A stretch of DNA of 33,374 nt, taken from Gemmatimonadales bacterium. GTDB taxonomy: Bacteria > Gemmatimonadota > Gemmatimonadetes > Gemmatimonadales > GWC2-71-9. Under the pieces are notes generated by a model. The model saw only the letters and a list, made by a program, of their open reading frames with translations, did not search any database and was not told the origin of the DNA. The position numbers and the translations under genes were made by a program. The stretch is from the NCBI GenBank assembly GCA_041613315.1, contig JBFJHJ010000033.1, positions 1 to 33,374 of the forward strand, in the 5' to 3' direction. Of the stretch, positions 1 through 8,222 are shown piece by piece. Within the stretch, counting starts at the first letter, position 1. Each line of letters opens with the position of its first letter.

Positions 1-996
1 CCGGTCGACGCGACACCCGTCTGGTTCATGCGCCAGGCCGGACGCTATCTTCCCGAATACCGCGCCATTCGGGCCTCGGCGAGCCTGCTCGAGATCTGCC
101 ACCGACCGGAGCTCGCCGCCCAAGTGACGCTGCAGCCGGTCGAGCGACTGGGCGTGGACGCGGCGATCGTCTTCGCCGACATCCTCCTCCCCTTTGAGCC
201 GCTGGGGTTGGGGCTCTCCTTCCAGGCCGGCGAGGGACCGGTGATCGCGCGGCCGATCCGCTCGACCCACGACGTGCAACGGCTCCGCCCACTCGACCCC
301 GCTACCGATCTCGGTCACGTCTTGGAGACGGTGCGGCTCGTCACGCGGGAGCTGGCCGGACGCATCCCGGTGATCGGGTTCGCCGGCGCGCCGTTCACCT
401 TGGCCAGCTATGCCGTCGAGGGCGGAGCGAGCCGGCACTTCGTCGAGACGAAGCGCCTGATGTATCGCGATCCCGATACGTGGCACGACCTCCTCGGGCG
501 CTTCGCCGATCTCGTCGGCCGATACCTGGCGGCGCAGGCGGCGGCCGGTGCGAGCGCCGTTCAGCTTTTCGACAGTTGGGCCGGCTGCCTCGCACCACAC
601 GACTACCGCCGGTTCGTGCTTCCCCACTCGGCCCGCGCCATCGAGCTGGCCGCGGCGGGCGGCGCCCCGGTGATCCACTTCGGTACCGGCACCGCCACCC
701 TCCTCGATCTGATGGCGGAGGCGGGAGGCGACGTGATCGGGGTGGACTGGCGGATCCCGCTCGACCGCGCCTGGGCCCTCGTACCAGACCGGGCGATCCA
801 GGGCAACCTCGATCCCACGGCGCTGCTGGCGCCGCGCCGCGAGCTGCGCCGCCAGGTGGACGACGTCCTGGCCCGCGCCGGCGGGCGGCCAGGTCACATC
901 TTCAACCTCGGCCACGGCGTCCTCCCGCACACCGACCCCGATCAGGCGCGAGCCGTGGTGGACGCGGTGCGCGAACGGAGCGCGGCGCGTGTCTGA
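1..996 (+). CDS. hemE: Uroporphyrinogen decarboxylase (5'-truncated by window edge)
   Basis: Frame is open from base 1 (PVDATPVWFMRQAGRYLPEY signature); also FADIL, IGFAGAPFTLASY, VQLFDSW and HIFNLGHG. Confidence 0.97.
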   Translation, partial: PVDATPVWFMRQAGRYLPEYRAIRASASLLEICHRPELAAQVTLQPVERLGVDAAIVFADILLPFEPLGLGLSFQAGEGPVIARPIRSTHDVQRLRPLDPATDLGHVLETVRLVTRELAGRIPVIGFAGAPFTLASYAVEGGASRHFVETKRLMYRDPDTWHDLLGRFADLVGRYLAAQAAAGASAVQLFDSWAGCLAPHDYRRFVLPHSARAIELAAAGGAPVIHFGTGTATLLDLMAEAGGDVIGVDWRIPLDRAWALVPDRAIQGNLDPTALLAPRRELRRQVDDVLARAGGRPGHIFNLGHGVLPHTDPDQARAVVDAVRERSAARV

Positions 997-1053
997 CCGG
1001 CCGGCCCCGCCCGCCGCCCGGCGCCCATCGGACGCCTGAGCGACCCTACGTTC

Positions 1054-2172
1054 ATGCGCATCGCCGTGGTGGGAGGAGGTCTCGCCGGGTTGGTCGCCGC
1101 CTACGACCTGGCCCGTGCCGGCGCCGAGGTCGTGCTGCTCGAGGCCTCCGATCGCCTGGGCGGCCAGGTGTGGACGGTCCGGGAGGACGGCTTCGTCGTC
1201 GAGCGCGGCGCCGAAGGTTTTCCGCCCCCCGACCGGCAGTTCCAGAAGCTGCTCCGCGAGCTGTCACTCCACGACCGCGTGGTCGGACAGCTCACGACCC
1301 ACACCCTGGCACGACGGGGCGCCCGACTCGAGCGCCTCGAGCCGGGTGAGGCCGCCACCCTGATCGGCCTCAACGTCAGCCCCTCCGACCGGGGACGCGG
1401 GCTCGTGAGCTTCCCGCGCGGCATGGGCGAAATGATCAACGCCATCACGCAGACATGCACTGACCAGTTGACCAGTCACACCGGCGAGTTGGTTGTTGAG
1501 TTGCATCCCGGCGGCGGCGCGTGGAGCGTCGTGACGCGGAATCGCAACGAATACGCAGCGGACGGCGTCGTCCTTGCCGTGGCCACCAAGGGCGCGCTCG
1601 AGATGCTTGGCCCTTTGGTTACCAAGGACTTGCTACAACCCCTCGCCGACCAGCCCCTTGTGTCGAGCGTGACCGTCGCGGTTGCGTTCCCGCGGTCTCG
1701 CGTTCGTCACCAACTCGACGCGAGCGGCTTCGTCTGCCCGGGGGACGCCCAGGCCGAGGGACTCCGGGCGGTCACCTTTGTCACCTCCAAGTTCCCCGGG
1801 CGGGCCCCGGCCGGCTGGGTGCAGCTCCGGGCGTTCTATCGTCCGGGGAACTCCTGTCCCTTTGAAGCGTCCGATGAGGAGTGGATTCGCTGGATGCGCC
1901 GAGACACTGATCCCATCCTCGGACTCTCGGGGTCACCCGGGCGGGCGTGGGTATCCCGCTGGCCCGGGGCGCTGCCTCGCCATCGGGAACCGCCCGCCAC
2001 CTGGGCACCGGCCCTCGCGGCCAGGCTCTCGGCGTTGGGTCCGATCGCGCTTGCGGGCTCGGCCTTTGCCGGCGCCGGCGTGGCACGCGCCCTTCGGTCC
2101 GGCCGCGCGGCGGCGGGACGTCTTCTGGCCACGATTGGCGTTACGTCGCCTCGCGCCTCGGGGTCGTTATGA
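1054..2172 (+). CDS. hemG: Protoporphyrinogen/coproporphyrinogen oxidase HemG/HemY-like FAD oxidoreductase (short, 372 aa)
   Basis: GGGLAG Rossmann motif, LEASDRLGG, ERGAEGF, SFPRGMG, TSKFPGRAP, RWPGALP, AGAGV; directly after hemE. Confidence 0.8.
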   Translation: MRIAVVGGGLAGLVAAYDLARAGAEVVLLEASDRLGGQVWTVREDGFVVERGAEGFPPPDRQFQKLLRELSLHDRVVGQLTTHTLARRGARLERLEPGEAATLIGLNVSPSDRGRGLVSFPRGMGEMINAITQTCTDQLTSHTGELVVELHPGGGAWSVVTRNRNEYAADGVVLAVATKGALEMLGPLVTKDLLQPLADQPLVSSVTVAVAFPRSRVRHQLDASGFVCPGDAQAEGLRAVTFVTSKFPGRAPAGWVQLRAFYRPGNSCPFEASDEEWIRWMRRDTDPILGLSGSPGRAWVSRWPGALPRHREPPATWAPALAARLSALGPIALAGSAFAGAGVARALRSGRAAAGRLLATIGVTSPRASGSL

Positions 2173-2711
2173 GTGAGCACGCGCATCTCGGCGACGGTGA
2201 GCTCGTGCGCCGGGTGCTCGACGGCGAGGTAGAGGCCTACCGGGTCCTCATGGAGCGGTACCGACCGGAGTTCGCGCGGTACGCGGCCTCGCTGTGCGGC
2301 GACGGCGACACGGCCGCCGACGCCATGCAGGACGCGTTCATTCGGGCGTACGACGCGCTCGCCCAGTGCCGGCACCCGAGTCGGTTCAAGGGCTGGTTCT
2401 TCCGGATCCTGACGAACCAGTGTCACAACCACCGGAACCGGAAACGGGCTCACGTGCCGCTCGACGCGATCGAAGCGGCGGCCGACGACCGCACTGACGG
2501 GCGCACGCGGCGCAGCGAGCTGCGCGAGGCGATCGACGCGGCGCTCGAGGAGCTGACGCCCGAACAGCGTGAGGCGTTCGTGCTCAAGCACGTGGAAGGG
2601 CGTTCGTACGCGGAGATGGCGGAGCTCCTGGGCACGGGCGAGGATGCACTGAAGATGCGGGTGTACAGGGCCCGCGACGCACTGAAGGAGTTGCTGGAGG
2701 CGTACGTATGA
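2169..2711 (+). CDS. ECF RNA polymerase sigma factor
   Basis: ATG at 2169 overlaps the hemG stop (ATGA); region 2 DAMQDAFIRAY...FKGWFFRILTN; region 4 LTPEQREAFVLKHVEGRSYAEMA...MRVYRAR. Confidence 0.93.
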   Translation: MSEHAHLGDGELVRRVLDGEVEAYRVLMERYRPEFARYAASLCGDGDTAADAMQDAFIRAYDALAQCRHPSRFKGWFFRILTNQCHNHRNRKRAHVPLDAIEAAADDRTDGRTRRSELREAIDAALEELTPEQREAFVLKHVEGRSYAEMAELLGTGEDALKMRVYRARDALKELLEAYV

Positions 2712-3349
2712 GCGGTGACGCGAACGGCTGGAGCCCGGAGCTCCAACGCTACCTCGATGGCGAGCCGGCCGAGGGGCTGGACGCCCGCGCCCGCGCCGAG
2801 GCCGACCGGTTCCGCGAGACGGTGGCGCGGTACGTCGCGAGCGTCGAGACGCCGGGCGCCGAGCTCGACGAGGCGGTCATGGCCGCCGTACGCGCCCGGG
2901 TGGCGCCGGCCGGCCCGCCGTTCCGACGGCGGCTCCTCGCCCTCCTGTCGACGCCGGTGCGGCCGGCGCTTGCCGCCGCCATGATCGCGGTGCTCGTGGT
3001 GGGCGTGGGGACCGCCCTGGCCCTCAGGCTCGGGCTGGGCGATGCCGATCGCACGTCGAAGATCGCACCGCTCGAGCTCACGATCCCGGTGGAGTTCCAG
3101 CTCGACCTGCCCGACGCCGGCACCGTCAGCCTGGCGGGAAGCTTCAACAACTGGGATGCCGACGCCACACCTCTCGCGCGGCAGCCGGGGACGGGCCGCT
3201 GGGTGGCGACGCTGCGGCTCGCGCCGGGCTGGCACGAATATCTGTTCGTGGTAGACGGCATCCACTGGATCCCGGACCCCACGACGAGCACCCGGATCGT
3301 GAGCGGTCAGGGGGATACGAGCAGCGCGATCTACGTCGGCCCGCCGTGA
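2708..3349 (+). CDS. Putative membrane anti-sigma factor with C-terminal CBM48/AMPK-beta-like glycogen-binding domain
   Basis: ATGA overlap with the sigma gene; N-terminal LQRYLDGE; one hydrophobic helix; C-terminal VSLAGSFNNW...GRWVATLRLAPGWHEYLFVVDGIHWIPDP. Confidence 0.8.
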   Translation: MSGDANGWSPELQRYLDGEPAEGLDARARAEADRFRETVARYVASVETPGAELDEAVMAAVRARVAPAGPPFRRRLLALLSTPVRPALAAAMIAVLVVGVGTALALRLGLGDADRTSKIAPLELTIPVEFQLDLPDAGTVSLAGSFNNWDADATPLARQPGTGRWVATLRLAPGWHEYLFVVDGIHWIPDPTTSTRIVSGQGDTSSAIYVGPP

Positions 3350-3395
3350 CCGTGGGGGCCCCGCATCGGAGGCTGCCGTCGCCCCATTGACCGTC

Positions 3396-3424
3396 TGGCC
3401 CGACCTCCGCCGCCGCTGTAGTAT
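3396..3424 (+). promoter_or_regulatory. Putative sigma70 promoter for a leaderless upp transcript
   Basis: TAGTAT (3419-3424) lies 6 nt before the ATG with no SD; weak -35 TGGCCC at 17 nt spacing. Confidence 0.5.
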
Positions 3425-3430
3425 CCCCCC

Positions 3431-4063
3431 ATGTTTCCCAACCTCACGCTCGTCGCCCACCCGCTGGTCCAGCACAAGATCACGAAACTCCGCGACCAGC
3501 AAACCGCCACGCGAGACTTCAAAGCGCTCGTCAACGAGATCGCCATGCTGATGGCGTACGAGGCCACGGAAGACCTGCCATTGGAGCACACCGAGGTCGA
3601 GACCCCGCTCGAGCGCACCACAGGTCACCAGGTTGCGGGCAAGAAGCTGGCGCTCGTGCCCATCCTCCGCGCCGGCCTCGGGATGGTGGACGGCATCATG
3701 CAACTCATCCCCAACGCCCGTGTGGGGCACATCGGTCTCTACCGCGACCACGAGACACTCTCACCGGTGGACTACTACTTCAAGATCCCCGGTGACGAAG
3801 AGGACCGGCTCTTCTTCGTGCTCGATCCGATGCTGGCCACGGGGGGATCGGCCGTACGGGCGGTGACGGCGCTCAAGACGGCGGGGGCAGGGCGTATCCG
3901 CTTCCTCTGCCTCGTCGCGGCGCCGGAGGGCGTCCGGCGCATGCTCGAGGCCCACCCCGACGTCCCGATCTACGCCGCGGCGCTCGATCGCCAGCTCAAC
4001 CCGCAGGGCTACATCTTGCCCGGGCTGGGCGATGCCGGCGACCGGCTCTTCGGCACCCGCTGA
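3431..4063 (+). CDS. upp: Uracil phosphoribosyltransferase
   Basis: [51 protein letters not shown]. Confidence 0.98.
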   Translation: MFPNLTLVAHPLVQHKITKLRDQQTATRDFKALVNEIAMLMAYEATEDLPLEHTEVETPLERTTGHQVAGKKLALVPILRAGLGMVDGIMQLIPNARVGHIGLYRDHETLSPVDYYFKIPGDEEDRLFFVLDPMLATGGSAVRAVTALKTAGAGRIRFLCLVAAPEGVRRMLEAHPDVPIYAAALDRQLNPQGYILPGLGDAGDRLFGTR

Positions 4064-4179
4064 CGCACGCCCCGGTGCCGCCGGAGCGAAGACCCTGCCG
4101 CGCCGACGACACCACCTCGATCCGTCCCGCGCCGTAACGATTCACCCGCCGCAAGCATCTGAACTATAGGAGAAGGCCG

Positions 4180-4734
4180 ATGGCTCCCGTCCCGGCCCGA
4201 ATCGCGACACGACGCGCCTTCGACGGTCGGCTGGTCCGGCTCGACGTGGACACCATCCGCACCCCCGACGGCACCGAGCGCGAGTACGAAGTCGTGCGGC
4301 ACCCGGGGGCAGCGGCCGTCGTGCCGCTCCTCTCGGAGCCGAACGCGGACGATCCGAGCGTGCTGTTGATCCGGCAGTACCGGCACGCCGTTCAAGCGAC
4401 GATCTGGGAGATTCCGGCGGGCACGCTCGAACCGGGCGAAGCGCCGGCGGCATGCGCGGCGCGCGAGTTGCTGGAAGAGACCGGCGCGCGGGCGGAGCGC
4501 ATCGAGCCGTTGACGACGATCTATACGACACCGGGCTTCACCGACGAGCGTATTCACCTCTTCGTGGCGACGGGAATCCGGGCCGGGGAACCCGCGCCAC
4601 AGGCCGACGAGTTGATAGAGGTAGCCGCGAGGCCGCTGTCCGTGGTGCTGGAGATGATTCGGGACGGCGAGATTGTCGACGGCAAGTCCGTCGCCGCCCT
4701 CATGTACGTCGCCGGCTACCGGTTGCGCCTGTAG
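4180..4734 (+). CDS. NUDIX hydrolase, ADP-ribose pyrophosphatase (NudF-like)
   Basis: Nudix box PAGTLEPGEAPAACAARELLEETG; VVRHPGAAAVVP, RQYRH, YTTPGFTDE, IVDGKS; SD AGGAG upstream. Confidence 0.92.
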   Translation: MAPVPARIATRRAFDGRLVRLDVDTIRTPDGTEREYEVVRHPGAAAVVPLLSEPNADDPSVLLIRQYRHAVQATIWEIPAGTLEPGEAPAACAARELLEETGARAERIEPLTTIYTTPGFTDERIHLFVATGIRAGEPAPQADELIEVAARPLSVVLEMIRDGEIVDGKSVAALMYVAGYRLRL

Positions 4735-4980
4735 CGGGACAGTGTCACCATGGGAGGACAGATCGGCCAGTCGCGGGAGAGGAGACGCCATCGAACCGTG
4801 AGCGCGTATGTGGTTGCAGTTGTTTGTGTTACGGCACGCTTGCGCGCGGGCTCGCCTGAGAAGGTACGGTTTGTGCGCCGCTCGCAGCTCGACAGGAGGA
4901 GGGAAAGCTAGCGAACCGTCCATCGTTCGGATGAGGACGCCCCATCGTCCACCTGGCGGGGGGCGCCCGGGAGCTCACTG

Positions 4981-5628
4981 ATGACCGCAGTCGTTGACAC
5001 CCTGAGGCGGGCACTGCCCGCACCGGCCCGTGAGGTTTCGCGTCCGGCGCTCAAAGAGCTGGACGATTCGGGCCTGGTGGCGGCGTACCTGGCCGGACGG
5101 GGCCCGGCGTTCGACGAGATCGTCGAACGGTATCAGAAGCGGTTGCTGAACTTCATCTATCGGACGATCGGTGACCGGGAGCGCGGGGAGGACCTCGTAC
5201 AAGAGGTGTTCATCCGCGTCCATCGGCACCTGCACCGGTTCGATCAGAGCAAGAAGTTCTCGACCTGGATCTACACGATCGCCTCGAACCTGGCCAAGAA
5301 CGAGCTCCGGAATCGGAGCCGCAGTCCGCTGGTCCTGTTCCAGACGATCAAGAAGAACTGGGAGGCCGACCACCGACCGCTGCAGTTCGAGGATCCGCAC
5401 TATCGCCCGGACGACCTCTACCGCAAGCGTCACCTGCGGGAACTCGTGGAGTGGTCGGTCGACCAGCTGCCCGAGCATCACCGCGTGGTGTTCGTGCTCC
5501 GCGAGCTCGAGGGGAAGAGCTACGAGGAGATCGCGGAGATCACCGCGTGCAACCTCGGCACGGTGAAGAGCCGCCTCAACCGGGCGCGGAATCGTTTCGC
5601 CCAGATCATCGGCCCGCTGCTCGACTAA
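4981..5628 (+). CDS. ECF RNA polymerase sigma factor (RpoE/SigW-like)
   Basis: EDLVQEVFIRV...FSTWIYTIASNLAKN; LPEHHRVVFVLRELEGKSYEEIA...GTVKSRLNRAR. Confidence 0.95.
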   Translation: MTAVVDTLRRALPAPAREVSRPALKELDDSGLVAAYLAGRGPAFDEIVERYQKRLLNFIYRTIGDRERGEDLVQEVFIRVHRHLHRFDQSKKFSTWIYTIASNLAKNELRNRSRSPLVLFQTIKKNWEADHRPLQFEDPHYRPDDLYRKRHLRELVEWSVDQLPEHHRVVFVLRELEGKSYEEIAEITACNLGTVKSRLNRARNRFAQIIGPLLD

Positions 5629-5660
5629 CGCCGACCCGATGTCGCCGTTGGGCGAGAACC

Positions 5661-5715
5661 GGGGGGGGGGGAGCGGGGGGGTCGCGTCGAACGCCCCTCT
5701 TGCTCCCCCCCCTTC
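5661..5715 (+). other. Long G/C-rich stem-loop between sigma and anti-sigma genes
   Basis: G11-AGC-G7 (5661-5681) pairs with CCCTCTT-GCT-C8-TTC (5695-5715), including G-U pairs. Confidence 0.7.
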
Positions 5716-5758
5716 CGCTGCCGGCCGGAACATCCCCCGGTCGCGTTGGTAGAACCGC

Positions 5759-6280
5759 ATGACTACACTCTGCGGGCCCATGCGCTGCTCCGAATTCCTG
5801 GAGAACTACTCCGATTACCGCGACGGGGTGATCACCGACGCCGCGCTGCTGGACCGGCTCGCGTATCACTCGGTCACCTGCGCCCGATGTATGTGCTACG
5901 ACGCGTCGGTGGCGCGGGGTGTGATGGCGTTGCGGGCCACCAGCGACTTGGAGCCGTCACCGGGGTTTCGACGGCGTCTTCGCGGGCGTCTCTCGGAAGA
6001 CACCACTCCCCAGCCCGCCGCACCGGCCTCCCTGGCCATCGTGGGCCTGCTCGTCCTCGCCGCCATGACGGTCATTCTGCAGGATTCCGCCGAGCCGGAC
6101 GCCCGGCCCAGCACCGCCTTGGAGCGTCCCACGCGGCGTCCCCTCCCCGTCGTCGTGGCGAACCCCGGCGTTCCCTTCGTCACGTTCGTCCACTTGAGCG
6201 CTCCGCCCTTCGGTCCCACCCACCACGACTCCGCCCCACCCGAACAGCCACTAGGCACCAGGGCCACGCTGCCGCGCTGA
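5759..6280 (+). CDS. Zinc-binding anti-sigma factor (zf-HC2/ZAS) with one TM helix; alternative start ATG 5780
   Basis: MRCSEF..YSDYRDG...HSVTCARC (HxxxCxxC); TM LAIVGLLVLAAMTVIL; follows an ECF sigma gene. Confidence 0.85.
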   Translation: MTTLCGPMRCSEFLENYSDYRDGVITDAALLDRLAYHSVTCARCMCYDASVARGVMALRATSDLEPSPGFRRRLRGRLSEDTTPQPAAPASLAIVGLLVLAAMTVILQDSAEPDARPSTALERPTRRPLPVVVANPGVPFVTFVHLSAPPFGPTHHDSAPPEQPLGTRATLPR

Positions 6281-6310
6281 CACGCGCCGCCCCAGCCGGG
6301 GCCGACGCTC

Positions 6311-6339
6311 TTTCAAAGCCCACCCCGGGTCGGTAACTT
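6311..6339 (+). promoter_or_regulatory. Putative sigma70 promoter for leaderless holA
   Basis: TTTCAA-N17-TAACTT, then 6 nt to ATG 6346; no SD. Confidence 0.55.
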
Positions 6340-6345
6340 CCGCCT

Positions 6346-7401
6346 ATGGCGGCGTCTCTGTCGTTCGACACCGCTTCTCGCCACGTGAAGCGGGGCGAAC
6401 TTGCTCCCGTCTATCTTCTGACCGGCGACGAAGACGTCCTGAAAGAGGAGTTTGCGACGCTGGTCCTCGATCAGGCCGTCGATCCGTCGTGCCGCGACTT
6501 CAACGTGGACGTCCGCGCGGCCGCGGACCTCGACGGCGAGGCCCTCCACGCGCTCGTCGAAACGCCCCCGATGCTCGCCGACCGACGGGTGGTGCTGGTC
6601 AGGAACCTCGAGCAGTGGCGCAAGAACGCCGGGGTATGGCACGTGTTGGATCGCTACCTCGACCGCCCGTCGCCAACGACGATCCTCATCCTCACGCTCG
6701 GGGCCGGCGAGAAACCGCGCCCCGCGGTCGTTCGGAACAGCGTCAACGTCCAGGTGCGCCCGCTCACGCCGGACCGCCTGGTGAAGTGGGTGCACTGGCG
6801 TGCCGGGCGCGCGGGCCTCGAGCTCGAGCGCACGGCGGCCGAGCACCTGGTCCGCTCCGTGGGGGGCGACCTCGCCGTCCTCACCATGGAGATCGAGAAG
6901 CTCGCCGCGGTGGCGACAGGTGGCGAGCCGCTCGGTGTCGAGGCCGTCGCCAACCTGGTCGGCGTGCGCCGCGGCGAAACGCCCCGCGATTGGATTGCGG
7001 CCGTCTTGGGACGCGACGTGCCGCGAGCGGTCGAGATGCTCGGGCAGGTGCTCGCGGCGGCGGGGGTCACGGCGGTGCGCCTCGTGTCGGACCTTGGCAC
7101 CGCCCTCGTCGGGGTGCGGATAGCGCGGGCCCTCGCCGACAGCGGGATGCCCGGCGGTCGGATCCACCAGGCCGTGTTCGAGCACATCCGGGCGGCCCGT
7201 CCCGTGGGACTCGGCAGCTGGCGCGACGAGGCCGGCGAGTGGACGCGGTGGGCCCGTGGATGGACCGCTGCATCGCTCGATCGTGCGCTGCGCGCCGCAT
7301 ACGAGACCGACCAGGCCCTGAAGGCCAGCACGATCGCCGACGATCGGGGGATCGTGACCGACATGCTTCTGCGCCTGGGTGCGCGAGAGGCGGCGGCGTG
7401 A
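6346..7401 (+). CDS. holA: DNA polymerase III delta subunit
   Basis: PVYLLTGDE, DFNVD, TPPMLADRRVVLV, LVRSVGGDL..LTMEIEKL, YETDQALKAS. Confidence 0.9.
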   Translation: MAASLSFDTASRHVKRGELAPVYLLTGDEDVLKEEFATLVLDQAVDPSCRDFNVDVRAAADLDGEALHALVETPPMLADRRVVLVRNLEQWRKNAGVWHVLDRYLDRPSPTTILILTLGAGEKPRPAVVRNSVNVQVRPLTPDRLVKWVHWRAGRAGLELERTAAEHLVRSVGGDLAVLTMEIEKLAAVATGGEPLGVEAVANLVGVRRGETPRDWIAAVLGRDVPRAVEMLGQVLAAAGVTAVRLVSDLGTALVGVRIARALADSGMPGGRIHQAVFEHIRAARPVGLGSWRDEAGEWTRWARGWTAASLDRALRAAYETDQALKASTIADDRGIVTDMLLRLGAREAAA

Positions 7402-8222
7402 CGCGCGGCGTGCTCGTGCTCGCGCTGCTCTCGGCACCCGTGGCGCTCGCGGCGCAGCAGGAGGACTCGCTCTTCACGCTGGCGGTCCGCCTGACGACCG
7501 AGGGCCAGGGCGACTCCGCCCGGGCATTGGTCCGCTCCCGCCTGCGCGCGCTGGCGCCCGGCGACTCTCTCTACCCCCAAGTGCTCTATACCGCCGGCGT
7601 GGTCGCGACGCGCGCCGACTCGGCGGGACACTATTTCCGACGGGTGAGCATCGAGTACTCCGGGTCGCCCTGGGCCGACAGCGCCTTGCTCCGCCTGGGT
7701 CAGATCGGCTACGCGAGCGGCGACTTCGTGGGCGCCCTGCGAGCCACGGTACGCATCGTCATGGACTATCCCGGGAGCCCCCTCCTCGCTGAGGCCGGCT
7801 ACTGGGCGGCGCGCGCACAATTCGAGCTCGACAGCGTCCCACAGGGATGTGAGTTGCTCGCGCGGGCGGCGGAGACGGCCGGCGAGGACGTGGAGCTCGC
7901 CAACCGAATCCGGTTCTACCGCCAGCGTTGTGTCGTCGCGGTGGCGACCGATACCCAGGCGCGGCCGCCACCTGACACCGGCGTCCGACCGGCGCGCACG
8001 GCCTACGCCGTGCAAGTCGCCGCGGTCCGCAGCCCGACCGCGGCCGACGAAGTCATGCGACGGCTCGCGTCCCGGGGATACGAGCCGCACGTCGTCCGCG
8101 ACGCCGATGGATTGCTCAAGGTGCGCGTCGGCCGCTACGCCCGTCGGGAGGAAGCCCAGCGGCTCGTCGCGGAGCTCAAGCGCGTGATCGGCGGCGACCC
8201 CTTCGTCGTGGAGGAGTCGTGA
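7398..8222 (+). CDS. Exported TPR + SPOR domain protein
   Basis: GTG overlaps the holA stop; signal peptide ending ALAA|QQ; TPR-like YSGSPWADSALLRLGQ and DYPGSPLLAEAGYW; C-terminal SPOR YAVQVAA...KVRVGRY. Confidence 0.85.
   Translation: MTRGVLVLALLSAPVALAAQQEDSLFTLAVRLTTEGQGDSARALVRSRLRALAPGDSLYPQVLYTAGVVATRADSAGHYFRRVSIEYSGSPWADSALLRLGQIGYASGDFVGALRATVRIVMDYPGSPLLAEAGYWAARAQFELDSVPQGCELLARAAETAGEDVELANRIRFYRQRCVVAVATDTQARPPPDTGVRPARTAYAVQVAAVRSPTAADEVMRRLASRGYEPHVVRDADGLLKVRVGRYARREEAQRLVAELKRVIGGDPFVVEES

Noticed and set aside
5625..5750. Hairpin considered as 6S or SRP RNA
   Set aside because: No SRP GGAA loop with CAGG/AGCA motif and no clear 6S central bubble; kept only as an unassigned structure
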